Translations under genes and position numbers: made by a program | DNA from: a virus | Reading direction: 5' to 3' (one strand) | Length of the DNA: 64,000 nucleotides | Virus record (IMG/VR): IMGVR_UViG_3300045988_100207 | Shown here: one piece after another, positions 8,575 through 17,218 of the stretch | Position numbering within the stretch: position 1 is the stretch's first letter | How the letters are laid out: every line of letters starts with the position of its first letter | The notes under the pieces: generated by a model | Told to the model about the DNA's origin: nothing | Database searches by the model: none | What the model saw: only the letters and a program-made list of their open reading frames with translations

Positions 8575-8616
8575 CAAAGATAAAAGGCTTTTCAATAGCT
8601 TTTGCCGTGTTCCAAC
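8575..8616 (-). promoter_or_regulatory. late promoter (lysis cassette): GTTGGAACACGGCAAAA-N17-TATCTTTG
   Basis: Element at 8600-8616 (complement), -7 box at 8575-8582 (complement), 26 nt upstream of the holin ATG. Confidence 0.6.
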
Positions 8617-9078
8617 TTAGCTATTCATGTACCACCAGATTTTATCTGTAGGGTGGTTTGTCGATTCGTCACAGAGGAAACTGATAGCCAGTTCCGAAAT
8701 TCTTTTTCTTGTGGTGTCTTTGTTCTTCGACCATTTGCCCACCACGTCTATATGGTCAGCATAAATCTTATTCATCGTTACTGCAAAATCCCAGAAGTTG
8801 TAGTCCGGTATGTTCCAAGATAGCCGGTCATAATCATCCTTCAACTCATCAAACCCGAAGTAAGGCGCATACTTTTTGTGAACATCGTCATCAAAATAAT
8901 AGATGTTGGCGATACAGGCTCTGCCCAGTTGTTCGTCAAAGTGATGCTTCCTTTCCATCCAGTACAGCAGATTCCTCTGCACAATCCTCTCTTCTTCCTC
9001 TGTAAACCCGCACTCATCGTTTCTTAGCATCCCGAAGGCAGATTCTGCTATTCGATAGAGCGATTTTGATAAATCCAT
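8617..9078 (-). CDS. hypothetical protein
   Basis: 153-aa ORF; start uncertain (65-nt overlap with upstream ORF; internal ATGs at 9030 and 8958). Confidence 0.45.
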   Translation of the reverse strand: MDLSKSLYRIAESAFGMLRNDECGFTEEEERIVQRNLLYWMERKHHFDEQLGRACIANIYYFDDDVHKKYAPYFGFDELKDDYDRLSWNIPDYNFWDFAVTMNKIYADHIDVVGKWSKNKDTTRKRISELAISFLCDESTNHPTDKIWWYMNS

Positions 9079-9346
9079 AAGCGTAAAGCATTAAAGTGAA
9101 TATGATAAACACATGGTGCATCTCTAACTGCTCGGGAGTGATGAACCAGTGCTGATAATACAATCTGATTGCGTTGATACCGAAAAAATAGAAGAACGGA
9201 ATACGGAAAATCCAGCAGTATCTGAAGAAGAAACTTACCGGTATCATGGTCAGTGGCATATAAATGTATGCCAGTACATAAATCCAGATGATGCAGTTCC
9301 CGTTGAAATCGGTATCTAATATTGTTGGTCTAGGGATAATGTCCAT
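9014..9346 (-). CDS. small multi-pass membrane protein
   Basis: 110 aa with about 3 hydrophobic helices rich in F/Y/W. Confidence 0.4.
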   Translation of the reverse strand: MDIIPRPTILDTDFNGNCIIWIYVLAYIYMPLTMIPVSFFFRYCWIFRIPFFYFFGINAIRLYYQHWFITPEQLEMHHVFIIFTLMLYAYGFIKIALSNSRICLRDAKKR

Positions 9347-9530
9347 AGTCCCATACGCCGTACCAGTGACCTAGCATCAATGGGATGGGTGCCCACTTTG
9401 ATAGAAGTTCATAGAACCTCCAAATCTTCCTACTCAATAAGCCTTCCATAACTAAGGCTTCCTCCTCTTCCGAGAGAGGCGATTCCTGTTTTGTTCTCAT
9501 TTTTGTTACGAATTTATGGTTTAATTTCAT
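9330..9530 (-). CDS. hypothetical protein
   Basis: 66-aa ORF, first gene after the leftward promoter at 9573-9580. Confidence 0.4.
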   Translation of the reverse strand: MKLNHKFVTKMRTKQESPLSEEEEALVMEGLLSRKIWRFYELLSKWAPIPLMLGHWYGVWDYGHYP

Positions 9531-9572
9531 CTTTTACTAACAAATATTAGAATATATATATTATTTTTGTTA

Positions 9573-9580
9573 CAAAGTTA
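9573..9580 (-). promoter_or_regulatory. candidate -7 box TAACTTTG (leftward)
   Basis: Complement of CAAAGTTA; 42 nt upstream of ATG 9530; no clear -33 TTTG. Confidence 0.4.
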
Positions 9581-9648
9581 AACTTTTTGTTTCGTAACAC
9601 CATGAAAACCAGCCTAATATTAAACTTATTTAAATCTTTATGCGCTTA

Positions 9649-9680
9649 TTTGGTCATATTCTAAATAATATGTATATTTG
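9649..9680 (+). promoter_or_regulatory. Bacteroidota sigma-A type promoter (TTTG-N20-TATATTTG)
   Basis: -33 TTTG at 9649-9652, -7 TATATTTG at 9673-9680, ATG at 9704; ATGCGCT operator half-site at 9640-9646. Confidence 0.6.
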
Positions 9681-9703
9681 CAACATCTTAATGTAGCATT
9701 TAT

Positions 9704-10159
9704 ATGGCAAGAGCAAATTACGAATTGATTGACAGACAGAGGGATGATCTGATGAAGGCGTATCGGGAGATAGCTCCTAATTGCCATTCTCAACAGGAGG
9801 CTTGGGAAAAGGTGGTTCATTCTCCTGCACCCAGATACTATGTTTCTCCCAAAAGAGCTTGGGATATACTCCGTAGAATGGCAGTCGGCGATTTCTCAAA
9901 GGTGGATAGTATGAAACCGATTCGTCAGAAGTTGTACTATACGCTGTTCAATAGGATGAACGAAATGACGCAGCGAAAGGAGTTCGTGGGCAAATCTTTA
10001 TGGTTTATCTGCCAGTTCCTTGTTTCTGAGCCTGCACCCGAGTTCTTTATCCAGCCAAGTAATCTCAAATTCATTTTCGCTTACTATAAGAAGTATGGAA
10101 AAAATTACAGAGAAATGGACCTTCGTAAGAAGAAACTTTCGAACAAAGCTGGTGCTTAG
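9704..10159 (+). CDS. hypothetical protein
   Basis: 151-aa ORF directly downstream of the promoter; no recognised motif. Confidence 0.5.
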   Translation: MARANYELIDRQRDDLMKAYREIAPNCHSQQEAWEKVVHSPAPRYYVSPKRAWDILRRMAVGDFSKVDSMKPIRQKLYYTLFNRMNEMTQRKEFVGKSLWFICQFLVSEPAPEFFIQPSNLKFIFAYYKKYGKNYREMDLRKKKLSNKAGA

Positions 10160-10601
10160 CATCATCTGCCTCGTTCTGTGTACTTGGCACGTCGGTTTCT
10201 ATCCCGGTTGCCCTTGGCAGAATCATATCCTGTATAGCTTCTTCCATGTCAACGGCTTTCATCTTGCCGTAAACCTTCTGGTGCTTTGGCAGATAAAGAA
10301 CGATATGAAACCAGTCACTTCTCTGGCTGTTGCCTCTGTCGCTAGTCTGCTGCCCATGTATGTTAGTCAGCCTACAATGGGGCTTTCCGGTTTCCTATTC
10401 GCTTCATTCGGTTTGATGTGGGGTAGGACAGGACGATGGAAAGAGGCATTAAAGAAAGCGATGCCGTTCATTATTTGCACAATGGCCGTGCCGAATGTCA
10501 ACGGACTTCTGCATCTTTGGTGCTTTTTTTTAGGTTATTGTTGCTCATTCTTATGGATTAAAATTATATATATATGGAAAAGGAAATATGGAAACCAATA
10601 A
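10095..10601 (+). CDS. rhomboid-family intramembrane serine protease (minimal 6-TM core)
   Basis: FHVNGFHLAVNLL (H-x4-H-x3-N as in GlpG TM2), GLSGFLFASFG (GxSG, TM4), NGLLHLWCFFLGY (TM6 His); six hydrophobic segments; start set at ATG 10095 (MEKITEKW). Confidence 0.65.
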   Translation: MEKITEKWTFVRRNFRTKLVLSIICLVLCTWHVGFYPGCPWQNHILYSFFHVNGFHLAVNLLVLWQIKNDMKPVTSLAVASVASLLPMYVSQPTMGLSGFLFASFGLMWGRTGRWKEALKKAMPFIICTMAVPNVNGLLHLWCFFLGYCCSFLWIKIIYIWKRKYGNQ

Positions 10602-11179
10602 AAGGATACGAAGGGCTTTACGATGTAAGCAATTTTGGCAGAGTCAAAATGCTAAAAAGAGTAACAGCTTTTGGTTGTTCCACAAAAATTTATCCAGAAG
10701 TGATAAAGAAGCAGTCTGATGATGGAGTTGGGTACAAGACAGTTACATTATCAAAGAACGGAAAGAGTAAAACGTATCGGGTTCACAGACTTGTAGCTGA
10801 AGCTTTCATTCCAAATCCAGAGAATAAACCACAAGTATCACATCTAGATGAGTCAAAAGATAATAATAAAGTAACTAATTTGCGTTGGGCGACTTGCAAA
10901 GAAAATATAAATATGCCGCTTCATAGAATTAGGGCTTCAATAAGCCACTCTGGAGAAAGATGTTGTAGATTTGGGAAGCGAGGCTATTTAAGCACAAATG
11001 GGAAAATTGTTATTCAATTAGATAAGAATGGTAATTTTATTGCAGAATTTGGCAGCCAACTAGAAGCAGCTAGAAGTGTTGGCTCTAAAGACTCTAGCGG
11101 TATTTCTGCTTGTTGCTTAGGAAAACAAGAAACTGCATACGGATTTAAATGGAAATATAAAGAAGAATCATGTTTTTAA
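10574..11179 (+). CDS. HNH homing endonuclease (NUMOD4 + HNH_3 + C-terminal NUMOD/IENR-like HTH)
   Basis: WKPIKGYEGLYDVSNFGRV; VHRLVAEAFIPNPENKPQVSHLDESKDNNKVTNLRWATCKEN; C-terminal FGSQLEAARSVG...AYGFKWKY. Confidence 0.85.
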   Translation: MEKEIWKPIKGYEGLYDVSNFGRVKMLKRVTAFGCSTKIYPEVIKKQSDDGVGYKTVTLSKNGKSKTYRVHRLVAEAFIPNPENKPQVSHLDESKDNNKVTNLRWATCKENINMPLHRIRASISHSGERCCRFGKRGYLSTNGKIVIQLDKNGNFIAEFGSQLEAARSVGSKDSSGISACCLGKQETAYGFKWKYKEESCF

Positions 11180-11202
11180 AAATGTATTTCATAACTCATT
11201 TT

Positions 11203-11237
11203 AAAGGCGACCACTCGTGATGAGCAGCCGCCTTTTT
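11203..11237. terminator. bidirectional hairpin between convergent genes
   Basis: AAAGGCG (11203-11209) pairs with CGCCTTT (11229-11235), T-run after it; lies between 11179(+) and 11270(-). Confidence 0.5.
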
Positions 11238-11269
11238 CATGTTATCATAAATTAGCGCGTATGAAAGAA

Positions 11270-14035
11270 TTATCTCATTTTGTCTTCTCGTCTGCTTTGT
11301 ACCTCCACTATACTGCCAGCAAAGGCATCAGCAGCCTTGAAGTTCTGCAGCGTATACTTGAAAGTAAAGTATTTCCAAGGCTTACCAGCCAAGCTTGGCA
11401 GCTTGCACCAGTGCTTGCAGTCGTTGCTTCCGTATATCTCCAGCCCAATCGTTCCTTCGTCCGAATCAAACAGATGCTTCACCGCTCTCAGCGATTTCAA
11501 CGTCATGCTGCCGCCCATCTTCAAAGGTCTGGTAGTAAATGATCCGCTATAGCTTTCCGTATCTTCGTTGATGTCTGGCTTTGCTGTAAGTGAATATACG
11601 TTTCCGTTAGTATCTTGTATCAGATTATCCGGATAGTCATTCACTACTGCCTGTGCCTCTATGCCGCTATTCACCATTGAGAAGGTCTTATCCACCATAT
11701 TATATATGTATTGGTATGATTTCCCTTTGCTGAATATTCTCAATATGGAGTCTCTGTAATCGTAGGCGATAAAGCAGTCTTTCAGAAAATCTAGGAACTT
11801 GCCTTCCCCGAAGGTTGCAAAGTTCCTCGGCGCTCTTCCCCTCATCTGTTCGCTCATGCAGGCTACGCTTCCACCGCTTGCCGCCATCAGTCCTTTCTTT
11901 GAAGCAAAGAACACAAGCCTGTCCGTCGGCACCAGTGGCGAATCCTCATTACATACCTCTCTTGATATTGGATAGGCTCTGCTATAGAGTCCTTCTGAGT
12001 TAACCGACAAGCCGTAGATACCTTCATCCGTAAATACCATCAATGGATATTGACCAAACTGACCTTGGCTTACCGCCTCCGTGTTGGCAATAATTCCGAG
12101 TATCTTTCCGGTTCCAACCGTATTATCTCCCGATGCCTCAAATACAAATGGGTTGTTGACTACTGATGTAAAAATCTGAGAGTTCAAATTTTCTTTATCG
12201 TTTACGCTTGTTACAATCTTTTGCAATTCGCTTTCACTGATTTCCGCAAATTCCTGTGGCTTATTTGGTGGAAGTACAGGAAATGTATAAGCGCCATTTA
12301 ATCTAGGGTGTTCCTTTAGACTAACTCTGATATATTTGCCTCCAGAGCTAAAAATAACCTCCGTAGCATTCGGGTCTGGGTAAAACAGCCATCCTTGCAG
12401 AAAATCTTCATCGGCAGTAGCACTTCTTACAGCCCATGTATCGCATTTATCTGAAACGATGTGTGTAAGCATAAGAAATGCGTCATCCTTAGAAGACCCG
12501 TCTTTTCCTACAAATTTGGCGAAACCAGCAAAAGGAGTTCGTGTTGCTCCAATAAGATTCAGTCTGCCATTATAATTGTATATAGATTCGGCACTCAAAG
12601 ATGCCCATCCGTAGTAATCGTCCACTTTCAGCTGCTCTTGCTCTTGAAGATTTTCCAAGGTTCCTTCACTAATAAATGCCGGTTCTCCACCCTGACCTGT
12701 AACTGTATAATGAAAATTATATCCACCCATATAACTTGCATTGATTGGAACGGTGAATAATTTGTAAAAAACTGTTTTTGTGAGTAATTCGGATATAATC
12801 TGATCATCACTCTTGTATTTTGGTAAAAGTTCGTCTTGTACCGCTCTGGTATATGAGGTGTATGTACCCGTAAAGCCACCCACGTCGTAATTAAATAGCT
12901 TTTCATCGTAAGTTTTATAGCCGAAATTAGCATAAGCATATTTCTTGTGCAATCCATTCGGACTTTCAAAATGCCAACCTTTATCTATATAGAATGGAAC
13001 TACTTGGTCTGACGCAAAAACTACAATCTCCTTGATGATGTCGCTCCAGTCACTGGATATTGATTCAAACCTGAATAGCAATTCTCTATATTCTATAAAA
13101 TAGAACATGTTTCCTAAACCCATCTGATGTAAATCCATATAGGAGTTGTGTGTACTATCAAATACAGCACCACTAAACATGCAGTTTTTATTTACAGTAG
13201 GGTAGCAGACTATTGGCGTGGTTATTCTGCAGTATGAACCATCAAACATGCGGAAAGCGCATCTTAGAAAGAATGGAAAAGCAAACATATTCTTGCTCTT
13301 TGCCCAGTTTATCGCTTGCGCTACATGTCCTTGGATGGTTTCTTGAAACTCTTTTTCATATCTAGAGTCTGGCGCCCCGTCCTTAACGCTGAATGTAGTA
13401 TACGATCTGGTTTCGCTACCATCGGGTTTTACTCCTCCTGCCTGAATAAATGTATGATTTAATGGGTTAAAGTAACTCTCTCCTTTACCACCATTCGATT
13501 CTACAGCATTCTCGGCATTACATAATGTTCTTCCGCTTTCTTCTTGGGTGTAGTTTTGTATCGGTCGCTCAAAAGTAAAATCGTAATCTAAACGAGGCAA
13601 ATCTTTACCCAGATTCTTGTATTTGTTTCCTTTGAAAAGCAAATAGTGAAGCCCTTCGCTGGTTGCACAAACCAAAGTATTGCCAATACTTTTTACATCA
13701 TAAACGGTTCCTACATTGAAACTTTTCGTTACTCCATCGGGTGGGCTTACGATATTTCCACTATCATCTTTGGTATACCAGTATATATTTTCCGTACCAT
13801 CATACGCAATGATATTCTCATAGTCTGCCATCTTGTGAACGTACATTATCTTATAAGGAACGTTGCCAATACTCACCCCATTCTGCACCGCCTTCATTTC
13901 TCCATCCTTAAAGATAAATCCGTCACTCTCCAGCAGTTCTGAATCATCTGAAAGCAAGTCGCTAGGCACATTCGTCATGCCCTTGCTAAAGCTCAAAGTT
14001 TGTCTTTCTAAGTTTCTTTCCATAAAATTTAACAC
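11270..14035 (-). CDS. large virion structural protein (tail/adaptor candidate)
   Basis: 921-aa ORF directly downstream of terL in the late operon; beta-rich composition; no catalytic motif recognised. Confidence 0.55.
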   Translation of the reverse strand: MLNFMERNLERQTLSFSKGMTNVPSDLLSDDSELLESDGFIFKDGEMKAVQNGVSIGNVPYKIMYVHKMADYENIIAYDGTENIYWYTKDDSGNIVSPPDGVTKSFNVGTVYDVKSIGNTLVCATSEGLHYLLFKGNKYKNLGKDLPRLDYDFTFERPIQNYTQEESGRTLCNAENAVESNGGKGESYFNPLNHTFIQAGGVKPDGSETRSYTTFSVKDGAPDSRYEKEFQETIQGHVAQAINWAKSKNMFAFPFFLRCAFRMFDGSYCRITTPIVCYPTVNKNCMFSGAVFDSTHNSYMDLHQMGLGNMFYFIEYRELLFRFESISSDWSDIIKEIVVFASDQVVPFYIDKGWHFESPNGLHKKYAYANFGYKTYDEKLFNYDVGGFTGTYTSYTRAVQDELLPKYKSDDQIISELLTKTVFYKLFTVPINASYMGGYNFHYTVTGQGGEPAFISEGTLENLQEQEQLKVDDYYGWASLSAESIYNYNGRLNLIGATRTPFAGFAKFVGKDGSSKDDAFLMLTHIVSDKCDTWAVRSATADEDFLQGWLFYPDPNATEVIFSSGGKYIRVSLKEHPRLNGAYTFPVLPPNKPQEFAEISESELQKIVTSVNDKENLNSQIFTSVVNNPFVFEASGDNTVGTGKILGIIANTEAVSQGQFGQYPLMVFTDEGIYGLSVNSEGLYSRAYPISREVCNEDSPLVPTDRLVFFASKKGLMAASGGSVACMSEQMRGRAPRNFATFGEGKFLDFLKDCFIAYDYRDSILRIFSKGKSYQYIYNMVDKTFSMVNSGIEAQAVVNDYPDNLIQDTNGNVYSLTAKPDINEDTESYSGSFTTRPLKMGGSMTLKSLRAVKHLFDSDEGTIGLEIYGSNDCKHWCKLPSLAGKPWKYFTFKYTLQNFKAADAFAGSIVEVQSRREDKMR

Positions 14036-14047
14036 TTAACATTTCCC

Positions 14048-16165
14048 CTAAATTTTCGCCGCCGTATGAACACCATCACCACCACGGCTTCTTCTTTCCG
14101 CTTTCTTCCAGCTAGGCTTCTCCATGTCCGTTAGACTCACAAAGAGACCGATGCCGGTACTCATTACCACATCGTCATGGTTTCCGTTACCAACGATATT
14201 ACCCAAGCTGCCATCATCATGTCGCTCATAGATGCGCAACTCATGATACATTTCCTTGTCTGGCTCCTCATACAGGTTATCATCAATAAACTCTTCCAAG
14301 TTATCAATCACCTGCTGCTTCGTCAGCTTGTTGGTTTGGAAACCATATTTCGCCAGCACGTTATCTTCCACATTCTCCGAACTGCTCGTTCTCTGATACA
14401 GATTATCGTAGTAGTCGGCTATCTCCTGCAGAATAGTCAGGAAGTGATCACCCTCCGTGTTGTTGTTCTTCTCTCGGTCGGCAGTATTACTCTCTATTAC
14501 CAGTAGCGCATCATCATAATAATGGGCTAGGGCAGCAGCCATCCATGCCAGTTTATCATGTCTAACATGTCCTCTGTATCTCGCTACTACCTTTGGCTTG
14601 CCCTTCACGGTAGGAATCATACCGAATCTGTCTATCACGGTCATAACGGTATAGTCCGATGTCGTACTCTTACCGCCAATATCCACGCTCACCAAGTATC
14701 TGTTCTCCACTTGCAGACAGTTTGGCACAGCCCAAATCTTCAAGTCTCCCTCTCCGTCGTCTCTCAGCTTTACCTTCGAGTTCGGAATGGTGTTATCATC
14801 CTTCACGCTGATGTTCACCACGATGTCGGCAGTAAACTTAGGATCTTGCTTATACAAAGCCTGCATGTCGTCTATAGAATAAGGATTGAATACCAGTCTA
14901 CCAGAGTTTCTGAACGCATCTTCCTCATCAATAGGAGCCTCGGTAGCACATGCCGCATGGGTAGTAAACTTGTTTCTATAATTTCTATACCATTCTATCG
15001 CCTCAAAGCAAGCACCCTTCTGCCACATTCGCCAGAAGAACTTTCCGGTCTCACGATATCCCTTCGGGCAGGTACTTCGGTCTCTGTTCTGCAAAAGCCA
15101 CTTGGCAAATGCTCTTCTGTTCTCTACAGGAGTCATATCCTTTTCGATGAAGAAACAAGGAATAAAGAGGAACGAATAAGCATCATTATTCTTTGGGTCC
15201 ATTGCCAACTGGCACTTGTCGTAGAAGAAACCAGAGTTACCTCTACCGGTACTCTCGAATATCTCCACGTTGTCTTCCAACGGGTCGATACCACCGGATA
15301 TAGAAGAAATCACACCCTCAGGATCATGCTCTGGTGTCTTCTTCCAATAGGCTACCTCCGAATAGTGGGCACAGTGGAAGTTGCTACCACGCACAGAATC
15401 GAAGTTCTCGAAGGATGCTACAGTCAGCGTACTTCGTCTGATTGCCTTCACACCATCCGTTACTTGGAAATCGTCAGGAGAATTTTCGTATGGCGAGAAC
15501 TGAAGTTTTGCGCCCGTATGCCCCACGGTCCACCCCGGCTGCCGCTCCAAAGCTTTTCGGTACATCGCCTTAATCTTCTTGGCGGTATTCTTCTGCTGGG
15601 CAAGCACAATAGCATTCCAACCATCGCGCCTGTAGTCTTGAATCCATTTGATGTAAAGCTGTGATAGGGTAGAGCCGCCCCACTGACGTGCTTTCAGAAT
15701 AACCACGAACACTGGTTTGTGGGCATTCCGCAGGTCCTCCATAATCTTCAGTAGTTTTCTTTGAGGATAATTCAGCTTGAAAGGAATCATCTTACCGGTC
15801 TTCTTATCCTCAATTTTATCGGTCACGTATAGGGCAAACTCGGGGTCTTCCATGAACCTCACTCTACAGATGGCAAAGGTAAGCATTTGGAAATGCTGGG
15901 CATCATCCTTCTGGTGCAACACATAGTTGATGTAGTCTTTCAGGCTGCCCATCTTTCTCAGACCTCTAAACAGAACAGATTTGGCGGTCTTCTTCGGAAC
16001 CCACATCTTAGGAATGAAGAAATCGGATAGTTCTATCTTCACACGATGCTCAAAGTTATAGCACCCTTCGCCCGTCATAGGGTCGTAGGGACCATAAATC
16101 TCATCGTATCGCTTATGATTTTCCGCTACGAGATTATCTATTTCCTGTTCAGTTACTAGAGCCAT
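14048..16165 (-). CDS. terL: terminase large subunit
   Basis: Walker A-like ILKARQWGGST, Walker B/coupling HCAHYSEVAYW, RNaseH-like nuclease acidic residues (VSVDIGG..., LLVIESN, NHDDVVMS); 705 aa. Confidence 0.85.
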   Translation of the reverse strand: MALVTEQEIDNLVAENHKRYDEIYGPYDPMTGEGCYNFEHRVKIELSDFFIPKMWVPKKTAKSVLFRGLRKMGSLKDYINYVLHQKDDAQHFQMLTFAICRVRFMEDPEFALYVTDKIEDKKTGKMIPFKLNYPQRKLLKIMEDLRNAHKPVFVVILKARQWGGSTLSQLYIKWIQDYRRDGWNAIVLAQQKNTAKKIKAMYRKALERQPGWTVGHTGAKLQFSPYENSPDDFQVTDGVKAIRRSTLTVASFENFDSVRGSNFHCAHYSEVAYWKKTPEHDPEGVISSISGGIDPLEDNVEIFESTGRGNSGFFYDKCQLAMDPKNNDAYSFLFIPCFFIEKDMTPVENRRAFAKWLLQNRDRSTCPKGYRETGKFFWRMWQKGACFEAIEWYRNYRNKFTTHAACATEAPIDEEDAFRNSGRLVFNPYSIDDMQALYKQDPKFTADIVVNISVKDDNTIPNSKVKLRDDGEGDLKIWAVPNCLQVENRYLVSVDIGGKSTTSDYTVMTVIDRFGMIPTVKGKPKVVARYRGHVRHDKLAWMAAALAHYYDDALLVIESNTADREKNNNTEGDHFLTILQEIADYYDNLYQRTSSSENVEDNVLAKYGFQTNKLTKQQVIDNLEEFIDDNLYEEPDKEMYHELRIYERHDDGSLGNIVGNGNHDDVVMSTGIGLFVSLTDMEKPSWKKAERRSRGGDGVHTAAKI

Positions 16166-16562
16166 CCGTTAAATCGTTTAGTTCCTCAAAATCTGCATCC
16201 TGTATCTCGGGTGCTTTGCTTATATCCAGTACGTCTGCCTCGTCTTCGTCCTCTACGGTTGTCATACCGAGTGCCATGAGCTGCTTGAAGTCTGCATCTA
16301 TTCCGTGGGTAACGCTTACTTCTGTCTGCTTTGGTATCATGTGCTTGGTAAGGTCTTTGTAGATGGTGACGTATGTCTTAGGATCATACTCTGCCAGTTG
16401 GTTCATACAATCCTCAAACTGCTCTTGGCTCCTTGCCAGCCAGTCACGTATATATTCCTTTTGGGCACTCTTTCTTGCAGGGAGAAGTTTCTTTACCTTC
16501 TCCTTCTTCTCTTTCTGTATCTCCCTTACAGACTTAAATCCATCCATTTCAAAATCTTCCAT
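16149..16562 (-). CDS. acidic protein upstream of terL (possible small terminase subunit)
   Basis: 137 aa, overlaps the terL start by 17 nt; basic N terminus, acidic tail; assignment by position only. Confidence 0.4.
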   Translation of the reverse strand: MEDFEMDGFKSVREIQKEKKEKVKKLLPARKSAQKEYIRDWLARSQEQFEDCMNQLAEYDPKTYVTIYKDLTKHMIPKQTEVSVTHGIDADFKQLMALGMTTVEDEDEADVLDISKAPEIQDADFEELNDLTDGSSN

Positions 16563-16577
16563 ACGCTCGCTTTTTTA

Positions 16578-17216
16578 TTATCCGAAGGGTTTCAGAGTAT
16601 GAATCATGCTGCCCGGTTTGGTTGAGTTGGCGCAGTCTATGATGTCTATCTCCAGTTCGTCCAGTTGGTTCATCTGGTCTATCGTCAGAGGGTCCTTGCT
16701 TGTCAATGTGCGCATAAAATATTCGTATAGCGCACCGGTCACGATATAGTCGTGTATCAGCTTGACGAGTGCATCATATTTGGTATCATCCCAGTAGTCT
16801 GGAAATTTCAGCCATATCTCCTTCTCATCCCATTCTCTCAGGGCATTATCTCTTACCCTTCCTTCTGGTTTCATTACATAGGCAGACAGATTCGCTTCCA
16901 CCTTATTAATATACTTGTCAAACCAACGGTAAAAGAGCGGGCGTTCCTGATCGTTCTCGCTTGTCGGAATATCTTCACCTTGCGCGTCCTTCATGTTCCG
17001 TCTTGCTCGTCCTACCATGTTGGTATTTGCATCTATATCATACCAGAGCTGGGTGGCATAGATAAAGATGTGTTTATCCCAATAGCCGTGCCCTGCTCTT
17101 CGTGGCTTCGGCAAGAAAGGATTTGGCTCGGGCTTCCATCCTCTCTCTCGGATAAAATGTGTTGGGTGTAATTTGTTAAACTCCGGATAGCTCATATCTT
17201 GATATTTTATATTCAA
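16578..17216 (-). CDS. hypothetical virion-module protein (connector/completion candidate)
   Basis: 212-aa ORF in the portal-terL operon. Confidence 0.45.
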   Translation of the reverse strand: MNIKYQDMSYPEFNKLHPTHFIRERGWKPEPNPFLPKPRRAGHGYWDKHIFIYATQLWYDIDANTNMVGRARRNMKDAQGEDIPTSENDQERPLFYRWFDKYINKVEANLSAYVMKPEGRVRDNALREWDEKEIWLKFPDYWDDTKYDALVKLIHDYIVTGALYEYFMRTLTSKDPLTIDQMNQLDELEIDIIDCANSTKPGSMIHTLKPFG

Positions 17217-17218
17217 TA

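Noticed and set aside
10020-10094. Longer rhomboid ORF starting at 10020, or a frameshift fusion to the 9704 ORF
   Set aside because: The 10020 start would overlap the upstream ORF by 140 nt. The frames are related by +1, not -1, so the A-run at about 10098-10103 is not a classical -1 slippery site. ATG 10095 precedes TM1 and is sufficient.
14558-15664. 368-aa + strand ORF
   Set aside because: It is antisense to terL, which has clear ATPase and nuclease motifs. Its composition is shadow-like.
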